Assembly: GCA_964291315.2 (NCBI GenBank)
Contig: OZ219753.1
Location: 2,368,001-2,432,000, forward strand
Direction of reading: 5' to 3'
Length of the DNA stretch: 64,000 nt
DNA from: Candidatus Poribacteria bacterium
Lineage (GTDB): Bacteria > Poribacteria > WGA-4E > WGA-3G
The notes beneath the pieces were generated by a model that saw nothing but the letters and a program-made list of their open reading frames with translations, was not told the origin of the DNA and did no database searches. The translations under genes and the position numbers were made by a program. Below, piece after piece: positions 39,969-50,398 of the stretch; position 1 is the stretch's first letter; the number at the start of each line of letters is the position of its first letter.

Positions 39969-40793
39969 CTAATTGAGATATCGGTTCACAACCTCGCGTT
40001 CCAATGATAAACCCTCCCACTCGTCATCGCCAGGTCCATCATAGATAAGCGTATGCGGTCCGGCAAAACCCGCTTCTTGGGTGAGCTCAAGACATCGCAC
40101 GTAATCTTCCTTGTCCATTTGGCGCGGTGCTGCGAAATGTGCTTTGGTATGACACGACTCTGCCCATGATGCAATCGCAGCAAGGTCTTCATATTTCGTG
40201 GCACCTCGCCAATTGCCGAAGTCTAGACAGAGTCCTACTTTACCGTCTAATCCAGCTAAAATGGTATTGACATTTTCAGGCGTGGAAAAGATGGAAAACC
40301 AGTTTTCGCTCATCACACGAATACCCGCGGTGTCCGCACGTTCTGTGAATTGGGCGAGAACATCACGACTCTGCGCAAGCGACTCTTCAGACGGTTCAGC
40401 TTTCCCACCGATAACCCGTGCACACCTCGCGCCGAGTTGGCCGGCAATATCAATCCATTTCTCAATCCACGCAATATCGCGTGCCGCCTCAGACGGATGC
40501 GTAATATCGCCATCGTCAATAAGCAGAGAAAAAAGTTCTACCTCTGCGTCCGCAAGCGCTCCGCGGAATTCGCAGAGATAAGACCCCTCAACAGAAGGCA
40601 GATGGAAATGACAAACTTCCAAGGTACGAATGCCGAATTCTGCTACCCGCGCCGGTAATTCCAAAAGTGAGATAGGACCGTTATTGTGGGTTTCGATCGG
40701 AATCTGCATGTCATGCTTGGGACCGGTGAATCCGGGTTTCCCGAGTTGCCGATGCAAACTCCACGTTGAGACTGAGAGACGAGGTGTCGACAT
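39969..40793 (-). CDS. Sugar phosphate isomerase/epimerase (xylose-isomerase-like TIM barrel)
   Basis: SENW, LCLDFGNW and CHTK motifs; GGAGG RBS. Confidence 0.8.
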   Translation of the reverse strand: MSTPRLSVSTWSLHRQLGKPGFTGPKHDMQIPIETHNNGPISLLELPARVAEFGIRTLEVCHFHLPSVEGSYLCEFRGALADAEVELFSLLIDDGDITHPSEAARDIAWIEKWIDIAGQLGARCARVIGGKAEPSEESLAQSRDVLAQFTERADTAGIRVMSENWFSIFSTPENVNTILAGLDGKVGLCLDFGNWRGATKYEDLAAIASWAESCHTKAHFAAPRQMDKEDYVRCLELTQEAGFAGPHTLIYDGPGDDEWEGLSLEREVVNRYLN

Positions 40794-40890
40794 AATCCAA
40801 ATCCTCCAAAATTGCAGATATAAACGTTAAGGGTGCGGATAGATCTCGGAGACTCACGCTATTATAATGTGAGCTTGATAAGTAGCTCCA

Positions 40891-41167
40891 TGTTTTCTTT
40901 ATCTAAAGAGAATCCGTTTGGTATAATAATACTCTTGTACTTTCTGAAAAGGAATTTTCTCATATGTATTGTATCACTTTTCTGCAAAATAGACACCTTT
41001 TTTCTTGCTTATTAGAGAAAGCTCCGCCGGCAGAGCCGCGCGGCCGCGGAGACTACATCCGCGCGAGGGGTTGACGTGCCTTATCGCCTTTCATTACAAC
41101 GGATACTGTACCTTCAAGCCGCTTTGTCTCCGGCACGTCTGTGTCTATTGGACTGCAGCATTTCTAG
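40891..41167 (-). repeat. Dispersed repeat element, copy B (inverted relative to copy A, with an ~20-bp GC-rich insertion)
   Basis: Minus strand reads ctagaaatgctgcagtccaatagacacagacgtgcc...tttctctaa...gtctattttgcagaaaagtgatacaatac...ctctttagataaagaaaaca. Confidence 0.85.
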
Positions 41168-41390
41168 GTTAATATCTACCCGGCGGGCTAGCGTATCAGC
41201 TCTCAGAGCATAAACCCTCGCTGAACGACTTTGAGCTTCAGCAGGGACACGCGGGACCTAGCAGCCTTAAAACCTAGACGTTTTATCAAACGCACGTTAT
41301 TTCAAATTTGATATATTGGCTTGACTGTTCCGCGTTTTTCTGATACACTATCAATCCGTAAATTATCCGTGTGACACAGAAGGAGTGAAT

Positions 41391-42176
41391 ATGGCAACAG
41401 AAAAAATGTTTTCTGCGCAGCAAATCGCAGCACAGCTCTACACAGTTAGAGAATTTACGAAGACCGAGGCTGATATTGCAGAAACGATGAAAAAAGTCCG
41501 ACAACTTGGATATGAAGCGGTGCAATGTTCTGCGCTCGGCCCAATCCCGCCCGCTACATTAAAAAGTATAGTTGATGGCGAAGGCATTCGCATCATCGCC
41601 ACACATACCAACTACGTTCGGATGCGCGACGAGCCGCAATCTGTCATTGATGAACATCAATTGTGGGGATGCAAGCACGCCGCAATCGGCGGAATTCCGG
41701 GGGAATATCGGACAGCTGAAGGATATATCAAATTCGCAAAAGAAGCCTCCGAAGTCGCAGAGCGCCTTGCTGAAGGCGGTCTAACCTTTTCCTATCACAA
41801 CCATAGTTTTGAATTGGAACGTTTTAACGGGCGCACAGGTCTAGAAATTTTGTATGCCGAGAGCGATCCAAACTATTTTAAGAGCGAATTAGACACCTAT
41901 TGGATTCAACACGGCGGCGGCGACCCAGCAGCATGGATTCGAAACCTGAAGGGACGTGCTGACATCATTCATCTGAAAGATATGGCGATGCAAGGTTCCA
42001 CACAACGTTTTGCAGAAGTCGGTGAAGGCAATCTCAACTGGTCCGCTATCTTAAGTGCGTGTAACTATGCAGGCGTTGAATGGTACATCATCGAACAAGA
42101 CACCTGTTATGAACGTGACCCGTTTGAGAGCTTAGGCATCAGTCTGCAAAATCTGCAAGAGATGGGTTTCGCCTAA
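41391..42176 (+). CDS. Sugar phosphate isomerase/epimerase (TIM barrel)
   Basis: QLYTVR, YHNHSFE, ELDTYW, HLKD and IIEQD motifs; promoter TTGACT-N17-TACACT near 41321-41349. Confidence 0.85.
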   Translation: MATEKMFSAQQIAAQLYTVREFTKTEADIAETMKKVRQLGYEAVQCSALGPIPPATLKSIVDGEGIRIIATHTNYVRMRDEPQSVIDEHQLWGCKHAAIGGIPGEYRTAEGYIKFAKEASEVAERLAEGGLTFSYHNHSFELERFNGRTGLEILYAESDPNYFKSELDTYWIQHGGGDPAAWIRNLKGRADIIHLKDMAMQGSTQRFAEVGEGNLNWSAILSACNYAGVEWYIIEQDTCYERDPFESLGISLQNLQEMGFA

Positions 42177-42200
42177 GCGAATCATTTTTCGCCAATGCCG

Positions 42201-42271
42201 CGGACGAGGCTTCTTACATGACACTCACGGGGTGTCCGAAACACGAACGCGAGGTAGGAAGCACTCGTCCG
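42201..42271. other. Structured intergenic element (outer stem with internal hairpin)
   Basis: cggacgaggcttcttac pairs with gtaggaagcactcgtccg; inner gacactc/gggtgtc stem. Confidence 0.45.
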
Positions 42272-42365
42272 ATAACTGAGACAATACACTTCTGATTCAA
42301 GACAGAAAAACAGTTGGATAGTGCTGAATAAGCCGAACATTGCTAAAAACCGGCATATTTTTATT

Positions 42366-42394
42366 TGACATTCCCGGCGAGTTATGATACAATT
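42366..42394 (+). promoter_or_regulatory. sigma70-like promoter of tRNA-Pro/hom
   Basis: TTGACA-N17-TACAAT with a TG extension. Confidence 0.65.
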
Positions 42395-42437
42395 AGAAAT
42401 GAATGGATAAAAAATAAATAGGATCTAATCCAGTTAA

Positions 42438-42511
42438 CGGGGCGTGGCGCAGCCCGGAAGCGCGCTTGAATGGGGTTCAAGAGGTCGCTGGTTCGAATCC
42501 AGTCGCCCCGA
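42438..42511 (+). tRNA. tRNA-Pro (GGG); CCA not encoded
   Basis: Acceptor stem cggggcg/cgccccg; anticodon stem cttga/tcaag with loop atGGGgt; T-loop GTTCGAATC. Confidence 0.95.
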
Positions 42512-42607
42512 TTTTTGATATGTACTCTCGGCTTGCAAATTGTGTGAGTCCCAGGCCCACCTGCCAGCCGAGCAGTGGATGTACAGAGAAAATAGGGAGT
42601 CGTAGCC

Positions 42608-43927
42608 GTGGGTAAGTCTATTAATGTGGGCATTTTAGGGTGGGGGACCGTCGGAACCGGGGTCTCCAAGATTCTGATCAACCAGCATGCCCTTATTGCC
42701 AAAAACAGTGGTACAGAATTACGTCTAAAAAAAATAGTAAAACGAACGCTTCCGGCTACTCGTCAAGGCGTTGAACTTCCGGCCGGTTGTCTGACAGACA
42801 ACCCCTCGGAAGTTGTTGATGATCCAGATATTGACATCGTTGTTGAACTTATCGGTGGTGTTACAGAAGCACATGGCCACATCAAGCGTGCTATTCAAAA
42901 TGGTAAGCATGTTGTTACAGCTAATAAAGCCCTTTTAGCAGAACATGGCGGTGAATTGTTCCAACTTGCCTCGGAACATCAGGTAAGTTTGAATTTTGAA
43001 GCAAGCACAGCGGGCGGGATCCCCATTATTAAAACGTTGCAGGAAAGTTTCGCGGGTAACCAGATCCGATCTCTCTACGGTATTGTAAACGGTACCTGCA
43101 ATTATATTTTAACTGAAATGCACAAACGTGCAGTCGATTTTTCGGACGTGCTTCAAGCAGCTCAAGCCATGGGCTACGCTGAAGCCGATCCGACGCTTGA
43201 TGTTGAAGGCATCGATGCTGCTCAGAAACTCATCCTCCTGATTGCTCTCGCCTATAGAAGTAGTATTTCCCTGTCACAACTCCACGTTGAAGGCATCACA
43301 AACATCACACAGAAAGAGATTCAATATGCTCGTGAATTAGGGTATGTCATCAAACTGCTTGCTATCGTGAAGCTGAGTGATGGAAGCTGTGTGGAGGCGC
43401 GCGTGCATCCCACACTTGTGCCGGAGCGGAGCTTGCTCGCGAACGTCGGCGGTGCATTCAACGCAGTTTGTGTCATAGGGGATGCAGTCGGGCCGACCCT
43501 CTTTTATGGACAAGGCGCCGGCGAAATGCCGACCGCTAGTGCGGTTGTTGCGGACATCATAGACGCTGCGAAATCTATACAACGAGGAATGAGTTCACCG
43601 ATTTCACAAGCATGGCTCGCCGGGGCCCAAGCAGAAGTCGACGTTTGTTCTATTGACGATATAGAGACCCGCTATTATCTCCGCTTCGTTGTTGCTGATC
43701 GTCCCGGTGTTCTCGCGAAAATCGGTACCATTTTGGGAAACTGGCAGATTAGCGTCGCCTCTGTCATCCAGAAGGATCCACACGGCATGGATATAGTTTC
43801 CCTTGTTATGCTAACCCACACAGCGCGGGAAAAAAATATAAGAGCAGCACTTGCACAAATTCATACGCTCGAGAGTGTGAAAGGAGAAACACAACTTATT
43901 AGGATTGAAGAACAAGTTGACTGTTAA
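42608..43927 (+). CDS. hom: Homoserine dehydrogenase with ACT domain
   Basis: GWGTVG, VTANKA, EASTAGGIP, GYAEADP and DRPGVLA motifs. Confidence 0.95.
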   Translation: MGKSINVGILGWGTVGTGVSKILINQHALIAKNSGTELRLKKIVKRTLPATRQGVELPAGCLTDNPSEVVDDPDIDIVVELIGGVTEAHGHIKRAIQNGKHVVTANKALLAEHGGELFQLASEHQVSLNFEASTAGGIPIIKTLQESFAGNQIRSLYGIVNGTCNYILTEMHKRAVDFSDVLQAAQAMGYAEADPTLDVEGIDAAQKLILLIALAYRSSISLSQLHVEGITNITQKEIQYARELGYVIKLLAIVKLSDGSCVEARVHPTLVPERSLLANVGGAFNAVCVIGDAVGPTLFYGQGAGEMPTASAVVADIIDAAKSIQRGMSSPISQAWLAGAQAEVDVCSIDDIETRYYLRFVVADRPGVLAKIGTILGNWQISVASVIQKDPHGMDIVSLVMLTHTAREKNIRAALAQIHTLESVKGETQLIRIEEQVDC

Positions 43928-44153
43928 CAGGGCAAAATTCTATCACAAGATCCATCTGAAAACTCTTATTTATATCTTTATTAAGGTGAACTCGAGGAGA
44001 ACCCCGACAATTTCACGCTATTCTATCTACTTAGAAATGTTATTTGCACAATACCCTCTACTATTAGGTATCGTAATACGCTCTGCTGTTTATTTTGAGC
44101 AGCACCGGGTTCTTTTAATTGCTCGCAACAGATACTTGAGGTGAGAATTAAAT

Positions 44154-44726
44154 ATGAAGGAAGATATGAAAAGTACGTTGGTGTTCGAGGTGAAAGACCT
44201 TCGACATGAGGACTTCAAGAGATATGAGGCGCTTGTGGCCCCCGAGACGCTCGGTCTGATTTATGAGGAGGCAGATTTTGTTAGCCCCCTCTCCTGCACA
44301 GTCCTTTTATGCCGTCAAGGCGACAACAATATTTTCGCGACAGCCGATATCACCTCAACCCTTTCAGTGGAGTGCAGACGTTGTGTTAAAGTTTTCAATA
44401 TTGACGTAGCAACTACCCTTAACTTATTTTTCTCTTTTAGAACCAAGTCTTTGGAATCTGATGAAGCGGATGAACGATATTACGATGGGGAGACCTTAGA
44501 TATTTCAGAGGATGTTCGGCAGGATCTTATTGTTGAAATGCCGATGTGGCCGCTCTGTGCTGACACCTGTGAAGGATTATGTCCAGGGTGCGGGGCAAAC
44601 CTCAATGATGGAATCTGTGCTTGTAATACAGAAAATGAGGAACCAGTGTCAACTTCTAATCCGCTTAGCGCGCAGCTCACGGACCTATTCTCCAAAGCTG
44701 ACCCGCTCAAAGACGCTAGAAAATAG
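44154..44726 (+). CDS. DUF177 (YceD) domain protein
   Basis: CRRC...LCADTCEGLCPGCGANLN..C.C; upstream of rpmF. Confidence 0.88.
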   Translation: MKEDMKSTLVFEVKDLRHEDFKRYEALVAPETLGLIYEEADFVSPLSCTVLLCRQGDNNIFATADITSTLSVECRRCVKVFNIDVATTLNLFFSFRTKSLESDEADERYYDGETLDISEDVRQDLIVEMPMWPLCADTCEGLCPGCGANLNDGICACNTENEEPVSTSNPLSAQLTDLFSKADPLKDARK

Positions 44727-44800
44727 CTGGAACCCTAATAAATTCGGTTTGTGGAAGCGACTTTGAATCACAATTTTTACAACTAAGGAGACAATAATCC

Positions 44801-44986
44801 ATGGCACATCCAAAACGCAGAACGTCAAGATCGAAAAAAAGAATGCGGAGAAGCCATAACGCCCTCTACGATAAAGCAATAAGCGTCTGTTCATACTGTG
44901 GAGAGACTATGATATCCCACCATGTCTGTATGGAATGCGGATACTACAATGGAAGGCCTGTACTCAAATCTGCCGATGAGGCATAG
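44801..44986 (+). CDS. rpmF: 50S ribosomal protein L32
   Basis: MAHPKRRTSRSKKRMRRSH; CxxCG..HHVCxxCGYY. Confidence 0.96.
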   Translation: MAHPKRRTSRSKKRMRRSHNALYDKAISVCSYCGETMISHHVCMECGYYNGRPVLKSADEA

Positions 44987-45086
44987 GCGAATCAAGAGTT
45001 TTTAAAGTTGTCCGCTTAGGAAGTGGTATATTGTTACAGAAACACTTTATTAACTGAAAATGGGCAACTACCAAAAGAGATAAACA

Positions 45087-46082
45087 ATGACGCAACTTCG
45101 ACGGGCAACAATTACGGGGACAGGCTCTTACCTTCCTGATCGAGTGGTCACTAACCTCGATCTTGAAAAAATGGTTAATACTAGCGATGAGTGGATTCGC
45201 CAGCGCACCGGCATTAGAGAGCGGCGCATTGCTGAAGACAACGTTGCTACTTCAGATATTTGCGTGCCTGCTGCTCGCTGGGCTATTAAGAATGCCAATA
45301 TTAATCCGCTTGATATTCAGATGATTCTGGTTGCCACTGTTACGCCGGATACGTTCTTCCCGTCAACAGCGTGTTACGTTCAGAGAGGCATCGGGGCAAA
45401 AAACGCCTCTGCAATGGATATTTCTGCTGCATGCGCAGGATTCCTTTACGGGCTAGATGTGGCAGATGGAATGATTAGATCAGGGCGATACGACACTATC
45501 CTTGTTGTCGGCGGCGAGGTCTTTAACAAAATCGTTGATTGGGAAGACAGAACAACATGTGTCCTCTTTGGAGATGGCGCCGGTGCTGCTGTCGTTCAAG
45601 CTACCGATGAACCCAAGGGTATCCTTGCCTCTTATATTGGGTCTGATGGCGATTATGCAGACATTGAACTCCTCGGTATCCCCGCAGGTGGCACCCGGAT
45701 GCCGGTCACCCCAGAAGCGATCGAGCAAAAACTAGACAAAATTCAGATGAATGGACGCGAAGTCTTCAAATTGGGCGTTCGGCTCATGCCGGAAGCCGCA
45801 CAACGAGTGCTCCGTGAGGCAAACGTTAGCATTGAAGATATCGACCTGTTAATTCCGCATCAAGCAAACTTACGCATCATTAAAGCCGTGGGCGATAGGC
45901 TGGGACTCCCGCAAGAAAAAGTCTATATCAATGTCGATAAATACGGGAACACTTCAGCCGCAACGGTGATTATTGCATTAGATGAGGCGATCCGTGAAGG
46001 TAGAGCGAAACCAGGCGATCTGCTTCTGTTTGTGACTTTTGGTGCTGGTTTAACATGGGGAAGCACCCTTCTACGATTATAG
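45087..46082 (+). CDS. fabH: 3-oxoacyl-ACP synthase III
   Basis: AACAGF, FGDGAG, HQAN and GNTSAA motifs. Confidence 0.95.
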   Translation: MTQLRRATITGTGSYLPDRVVTNLDLEKMVNTSDEWIRQRTGIRERRIAEDNVATSDICVPAARWAIKNANINPLDIQMILVATVTPDTFFPSTACYVQRGIGAKNASAMDISAACAGFLYGLDVADGMIRSGRYDTILVVGGEVFNKIVDWEDRTTCVLFGDGAGAAVVQATDEPKGILASYIGSDGDYADIELLGIPAGGTRMPVTPEAIEQKLDKIQMNGREVFKLGVRLMPEAAQRVLREANVSIEDIDLLIPHQANLRIIKAVGDRLGLPQEKVYINVDKYGNTSAATVIIALDEAIREGRAKPGDLLLFVTFGAGLTWGSTLLRL

Positions 46083-46241
46083 CCGCAGGTCACAAACAGT
46101 CAGCATTAGCAGAGAGACCTTTCTAATTAGCCTCAGTTTCTTATGCGATTTGAAGGTCACAGGTTGTGAGAAAGAAGGCCGGAAAACTATTAATCGAACC
46201 ACTATGGAATCAAATGGTGTGGGATCGAATTTGAGAAGAAA

Positions 46242-47180
46242 ATGAGACAGGTAGCATTCACTTTTCCGGGGCAAGGTTCACAACACGTGGGTATGGGAGC
46301 AGAATTAGCACAAAACTATTCTGTTGCCGAGGCTGTTTTTGAGGAAGCCGATGTTACCCTTGGATGTGAATTGCGGAAGCTGTGTTTTGAAGGGCCGGAG
46401 ACAGATTTAAAGCGGACTGAACATACACAACCTGCTATTTTGACATGCAGCATCGCGGCGTTGCGGGTGCTTGGAGAACATGGCATTTTTCCGCGCGCCG
46501 TCGCTGGACATAGCTTAGGAGAGTATTCCGCACTCGTGGCTGCGGGAGTGCTTAAGTTCTCAGATGCGTTGCGTTTGGTGCACGCCCGAGCGAGTTTGAT
46601 GGCAGAAGCAGGTGAAACACAGCAAGGAGCAATGGCGGCTATCCTCGGAATGGAAACCGAACGGCTCCAAAAGCTCTGTGAGACGACGGATGGAATTGTA
46701 GATATCGCTAATTACAACTGCCCCGGGCAACTGGTTATCTCTGGAGAGGTCAAGGCGGTTAACCACGTCGTTTCTCTTGCCAAAACCGAAATCGGGGCGA
46801 GGCGGTGTCAACTGCTCCCCGTGAGCGGGGCGTTTCATTCTGTACTGATGGCACCCGCGCAACAAAGGTTCGAATCCGTGCTCGCTTCAGTACCGCTGTA
46901 TCCGCCTCAAGTTAACATAGCGATGAACGTAACGGGCAGGTTCGCGAAAGATGCAAATGATGTTAGGCACGTCCTATTTCAACAGATAACACAACCTGTT
47001 CAGTGGAAAAAAACGTTGCACACAATCACAAATATGGGCATCACAGATTTTGTCGAAGTAGGACCAGGGAAGGTTTTGTCAGGTTTGCTGAAGCGCACGC
47101 TTCCTGAAAGCCGGGCAATGAATGTTGAAGACCTTAAAACGCTATCTCTCGTGAGAGATACATATGAATGCGGTGAATAA
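46242..47180 (+). CDS. fabD: Malonyl-CoA:ACP transacylase
   Basis: FPGQGSQ, GHSLGEY and AFHS motifs. Confidence 0.95.
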   Translation: MRQVAFTFPGQGSQHVGMGAELAQNYSVAEAVFEEADVTLGCELRKLCFEGPETDLKRTEHTQPAILTCSIAALRVLGEHGIFPRAVAGHSLGEYSALVAAGVLKFSDALRLVHARASLMAEAGETQQGAMAAILGMETERLQKLCETTDGIVDIANYNCPGQLVISGEVKAVNHVVSLAKTEIGARRCQLLPVSGAFHSVLMAPAQQRFESVLASVPLYPPQVNIAMNVTGRFAKDANDVRHVLFQQITQPVQWKKTLHTITNMGITDFVEVGPGKVLSGLLKRTLPESRAMNVEDLKTLSLVRDTYECGE

Positions 47181-47185
47181 AAACA

Positions 47186-47962
47186 GTGGATCTAACAATA
47201 AAACAGAGCGTTTTTAGAGAAGACTTGCTGAGCGGCAAAACCGCGATTGTCACGGGTGCTTCCCGCGGCATTGGGGCTGCAATTGCACAGAGACTCTGTG
47301 AAATTGGGGCCAACGTGGTTATTTGCTCACGTTCTGCAGATGCCGTTGGACAAGTCGCTGATACACTCCAAGACGCAGGCTATACTGTTCATGCAATGGC
47401 TGCCGATATTTCCAAGAAGACAGCTGTTCAAAACTTAATAGAAAAAACCCTTGATCAATTTTCGAGAATTGATATTCTTGTTAACAACGCCGGGATTACC
47501 CGCGACATGCTGCTCATGCGTCTCAAAGATGAGGACTGGGACGCTGTACTACAGACGAATCTGACCGGCACAATGTACTGCACGCGCGCGGTCCTTCGCC
47601 CGATGGTCAGTCAAAAAAGTGGACGTATTATTAACATCTCATCAGTAGTTGGATTAATGGGCAACGCCGGGCAAGCAAGTTACGCTGCTGCGAAGGCAGG
47701 CATTATCGGTTTGACGAAGGCTACCGCTAAAGAGATCGGTACCCGCGGCATTACTGTGAACGGTATCGCCCCTGGCTTTATTACAACGGACATGACAGCA
47801 CAAATACCGGAACAGAATCAGAAACGGCTGCTTGAAATGATTCCGTTACGAGGGTTTGGGCATCCAGAAGACGTAGCAGACGCTGTCTGTTTTTTGGCAT
47901 CGGACGCTGCACGCTATATCACGGGACATATACTCCAGGTTGACGGCGGTATGGCGATGTAA
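47186..47962 (+). CDS. fabG: 3-oxoacyl-ACP reductase
   Basis: TGASRGIG, NNAGITRD and YAAAK motifs. Confidence 0.95.
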   Translation: MDLTIKQSVFREDLLSGKTAIVTGASRGIGAAIAQRLCEIGANVVICSRSADAVGQVADTLQDAGYTVHAMAADISKKTAVQNLIEKTLDQFSRIDILVNNAGITRDMLLMRLKDEDWDAVLQTNLTGTMYCTRAVLRPMVSQKSGRIINISSVVGLMGNAGQASYAAAKAGIIGLTKATAKEIGTRGITVNGIAPGFITTDMTAQIPEQNQKRLLEMIPLRGFGHPEDVADAVCFLASDAARYITGHILQVDGGMAM

Positions 47963-48117
47963 TTCGAGTGCACTTGGGCCTCTCCGAGGGCACTTACAAA
48001 CAAAACGTATAGTGGGCAAAATTCAGAACGCCCACACTCGTATTAATTAATAACATACTTTTAGCCCGAAGACCAATTTTGCGGGCAAACATTTTATAGG
48101 AGATCCGAAAAACACTT

Positions 48118-48351
48118 ATGGCAACGAACCAAGAACGTCTTATTGAAATTATCGCAAAGCAGCTCAGCGTTGACGAAAATAATGTAACACCAGATGCCTC
48201 TTTTATGGAAGATCTGGGAGCTGATTCACTAGATACTGTTGAACTGGTTATGGCTCTTGAAGAGGAATTTGATATCGAAATTCCGGACAGTGATGCCGAG
48301 AAAATTCAGACTGTTCAAGACGCTTTGAGTTATCTAGACGAACATCTATAG
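48118..48351 (+). CDS. acpP: Acyl carrier protein
   Basis: [20 protein letters not shown]. Confidence 0.97.
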   Translation: MATNQERLIEIIAKQLSVDENNVTPDASFMEDLGADSLDTVELVMALEEEFDIEIPDSDAEKIQTVQDALSYLDEHL

Positions 48352-48458
48352 TAAATATCTTGATGGAATGGATATACGGAAAACTATAAGACTTTCTAAG
48401 GGTGCGCTGGGTCATGTCCTAAGCACACCTGCAACCTAAACAAAAAAGGATCGGTCTC

Positions 48459-49697
48459 GTGGAGCGTGTAGCTATTACAGGAATCGGTGTTGTCAATGCA
48501 ATTGGCAATACGAAAGAAGAATATTGGGATGCGCTTGCTATTGGGAAAAACGGAATCGGACCTTTGACCTACTTCGATGCCTCCGAGCATCGTAGCCAAA
48601 TCGCTGGAGAGGTAAAAAACTTCCAAGCGGAAGTGTACATGGATCGTCGAACTGCGTCTCGGGTACCACTTTTTATCCAATATGCTCTTGCCGCTGCGAT
48701 CATGGCTCATCAAGACGCAGGTTTGGAACTCGACAGCGTTGACCCTTACCGCGCAGGCGTTCAAATCGGCTCCGGGATCGGGGGCATCGGGGTACTCGAA
48801 GACAACGCAAAGATCCTCGCTGAAAAAGGGGTTAAACGTGTGAGCCCGTTTCTTGTGCCGTACATGATTATTAACATGGCGGCAGGACGGATCTCAATTC
48901 ACTTTAACCTCAAAGGCCCCAATTCCACATCCGTTACTGCTTGTGCAAGCGCGAACCACTCCATTGGTGACTCTTTCCGTATCATTCAACGCGGTGAGGC
49001 AGATGTGATGTTTACCGGGGGCACCGAATCAGCGATTACGCCGCTCGCTTTTGCAGGTTTCTGCTCAATGCGTGCCATGTCGGCACGGAATCATGAGCCC
49101 GAGCGAGCCTCGCGTCCGTTCACTAAAGATAGGGACGGTTTTGTGATGGGGGACGGAGCCGGGGTTCTCATCCTCGAATCACTATCGCATGCTAAAAAAC
49201 GGGGCGCACCTATCTATGCAGAAATAATCGGTTACGGAATGACTTCAGATGCACACGACATGGTGAGCCCGCCTGAGAACGGCGAGGGGGCAGCCAAAGC
49301 GATGGAATTTGCCCTTCAAGACGCAGGCGTGTCACTAGATGCCGTCGATTATATCAATGCCCACGGCACTTCTACTCCAATTGGGGACGCGGCCGAAACC
49401 AACGCTATTAAAACGCTCTTCGGCGAATACGCATATAAAATCCCTGTCAGTTCGACCAAATCCATGATCGGGCACCTGCTAGGGGCTGCTGGAGCCGTGG
49501 AACTCATCGCCTGCTTAGGATCAATGGAAAAGGGCTTTCTGCCACCCACTATCAATTACGACATGCCAGACGAAGCCTGCGATTTAGATTACGTTCCCAA
49601 TGAAAGTCGGGACGCAAAAATCGAGATTGCCCTTTCCAACGCTTTCGGTTTCGGCGGGCACAATACCGCTATCGCCATCCGCAGATTTTCAGGCTAG
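48459..49697 (+). CDS. fabF: 3-oxoacyl-ACP synthase II
   Basis: [18 protein letters not shown] and FGFGGHN motifs. Confidence 0.95.
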   Translation: MERVAITGIGVVNAIGNTKEEYWDALAIGKNGIGPLTYFDASEHRSQIAGEVKNFQAEVYMDRRTASRVPLFIQYALAAAIMAHQDAGLELDSVDPYRAGVQIGSGIGGIGVLEDNAKILAEKGVKRVSPFLVPYMIINMAAGRISIHFNLKGPNSTSVTACASANHSIGDSFRIIQRGEADVMFTGGTESAITPLAFAGFCSMRAMSARNHEPERASRPFTKDRDGFVMGDGAGVLILESLSHAKKRGAPIYAEIIGYGMTSDAHDMVSPPENGEGAAKAMEFALQDAGVSLDAVDYINAHGTSTPIGDAAETNAIKTLFGEYAYKIPVSSTKSMIGHLLGAAGAVELIACLGSMEKGFLPPTINYDMPDEACDLDYVPNESRDAKIEIALSNAFGFGGHNTAIAIRRFSG

Positions 49698-49750
49698 CTG
49701 TAGCAGACTTCCCTGTGTTTAAGTGGGTTGAGAGTGCGAAATAGATCGAA

Positions 49751-50251
49751 ATGTGTGTAGCCTATATCGGCTTCGGAAGCAACATTGACGACCGACTAAA
49801 GCACCTCCAGAACGCTATCCATCTCTTATCGAAGACTGACGGAATCACTTTAGAACAGATTTCCACCATTTACGAAACAGCACCTGTCGGATATGAAGAG
49901 CAGGCAGAATTCCTGAACGGGGTTGCTTCCATCCAAACCTCCATTTCACCCTTCCATTTACTGCAGACCTTGAAAGCCATCGAAACCGCTGTCGGCAGAC
50001 AGCATCGCATACACTGGGGACCCAGAGAAATCGACTTAGACTTATTAATCTATGCAGATGTGTGTATCCAGACAGAGAAGCTTGTCGTGCCACACCCGGA
50101 GATGCATCTCCGGCGTTTTGTGTTGGCCCCGCTTGCAGAAATTGCACCGACCCTTGTGCACCCTATCTTTCAGAAAAGTGTCCAAGCTCTACTTGCGCAT
50201 CTTAAGGATGATAAATCTGTATTGAAAACAACGTTGCCCTTGTGTTGCTGA
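49751..50251 (+). CDS. folK: HPPK (2-amino-4-hydroxy-6-hydroxymethyldihydropteridine diphosphokinase)
   Basis: [17 protein letters not shown] and PHP motifs. Confidence 0.93.
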   Translation: MCVAYIGFGSNIDDRLKHLQNAIHLLSKTDGITLEQISTIYETAPVGYEEQAEFLNGVASIQTSISPFHLLQTLKAIETAVGRQHRIHWGPREIDLDLLIYADVCIQTEKLVVPHPEMHLRRFVLAPLAEIAPTLVHPIFQKSVQALLAHLKDDKSVLKTTLPLCC

Positions 50252-50287
50252 CCTACCGTAAAAGCAACCTTTACAGATTTGAAAAAC

Positions 50288-50316
50288 TTGCAATTCTCGC
50301 GCAAGTATGGTATAAT
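50288..50316 (+). promoter_or_regulatory. sigma70-like promoter of sucC
   Basis: TTGCAA-N17-TATAAT with a TG extension. Confidence 0.55.
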
Positions 50317-50398
50317 TCCTAATGCTTTTCTGAACATGCTAAACAGATAGACTCTAATTGTAAATGCCCAAGGAACCTTATCGCAGATTATAGAAGAA

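Noticed and set aside
42211-42260. Hammerhead ribozyme (ATGA...CGAAA)
   Set aside because: The CUGAUGA core is absent and stem III cannot be formed
42438-42511. tRNA-Pro as an island integration site
   Set aside because: I saw no duplicated tRNA 3' end and no integrase in the window
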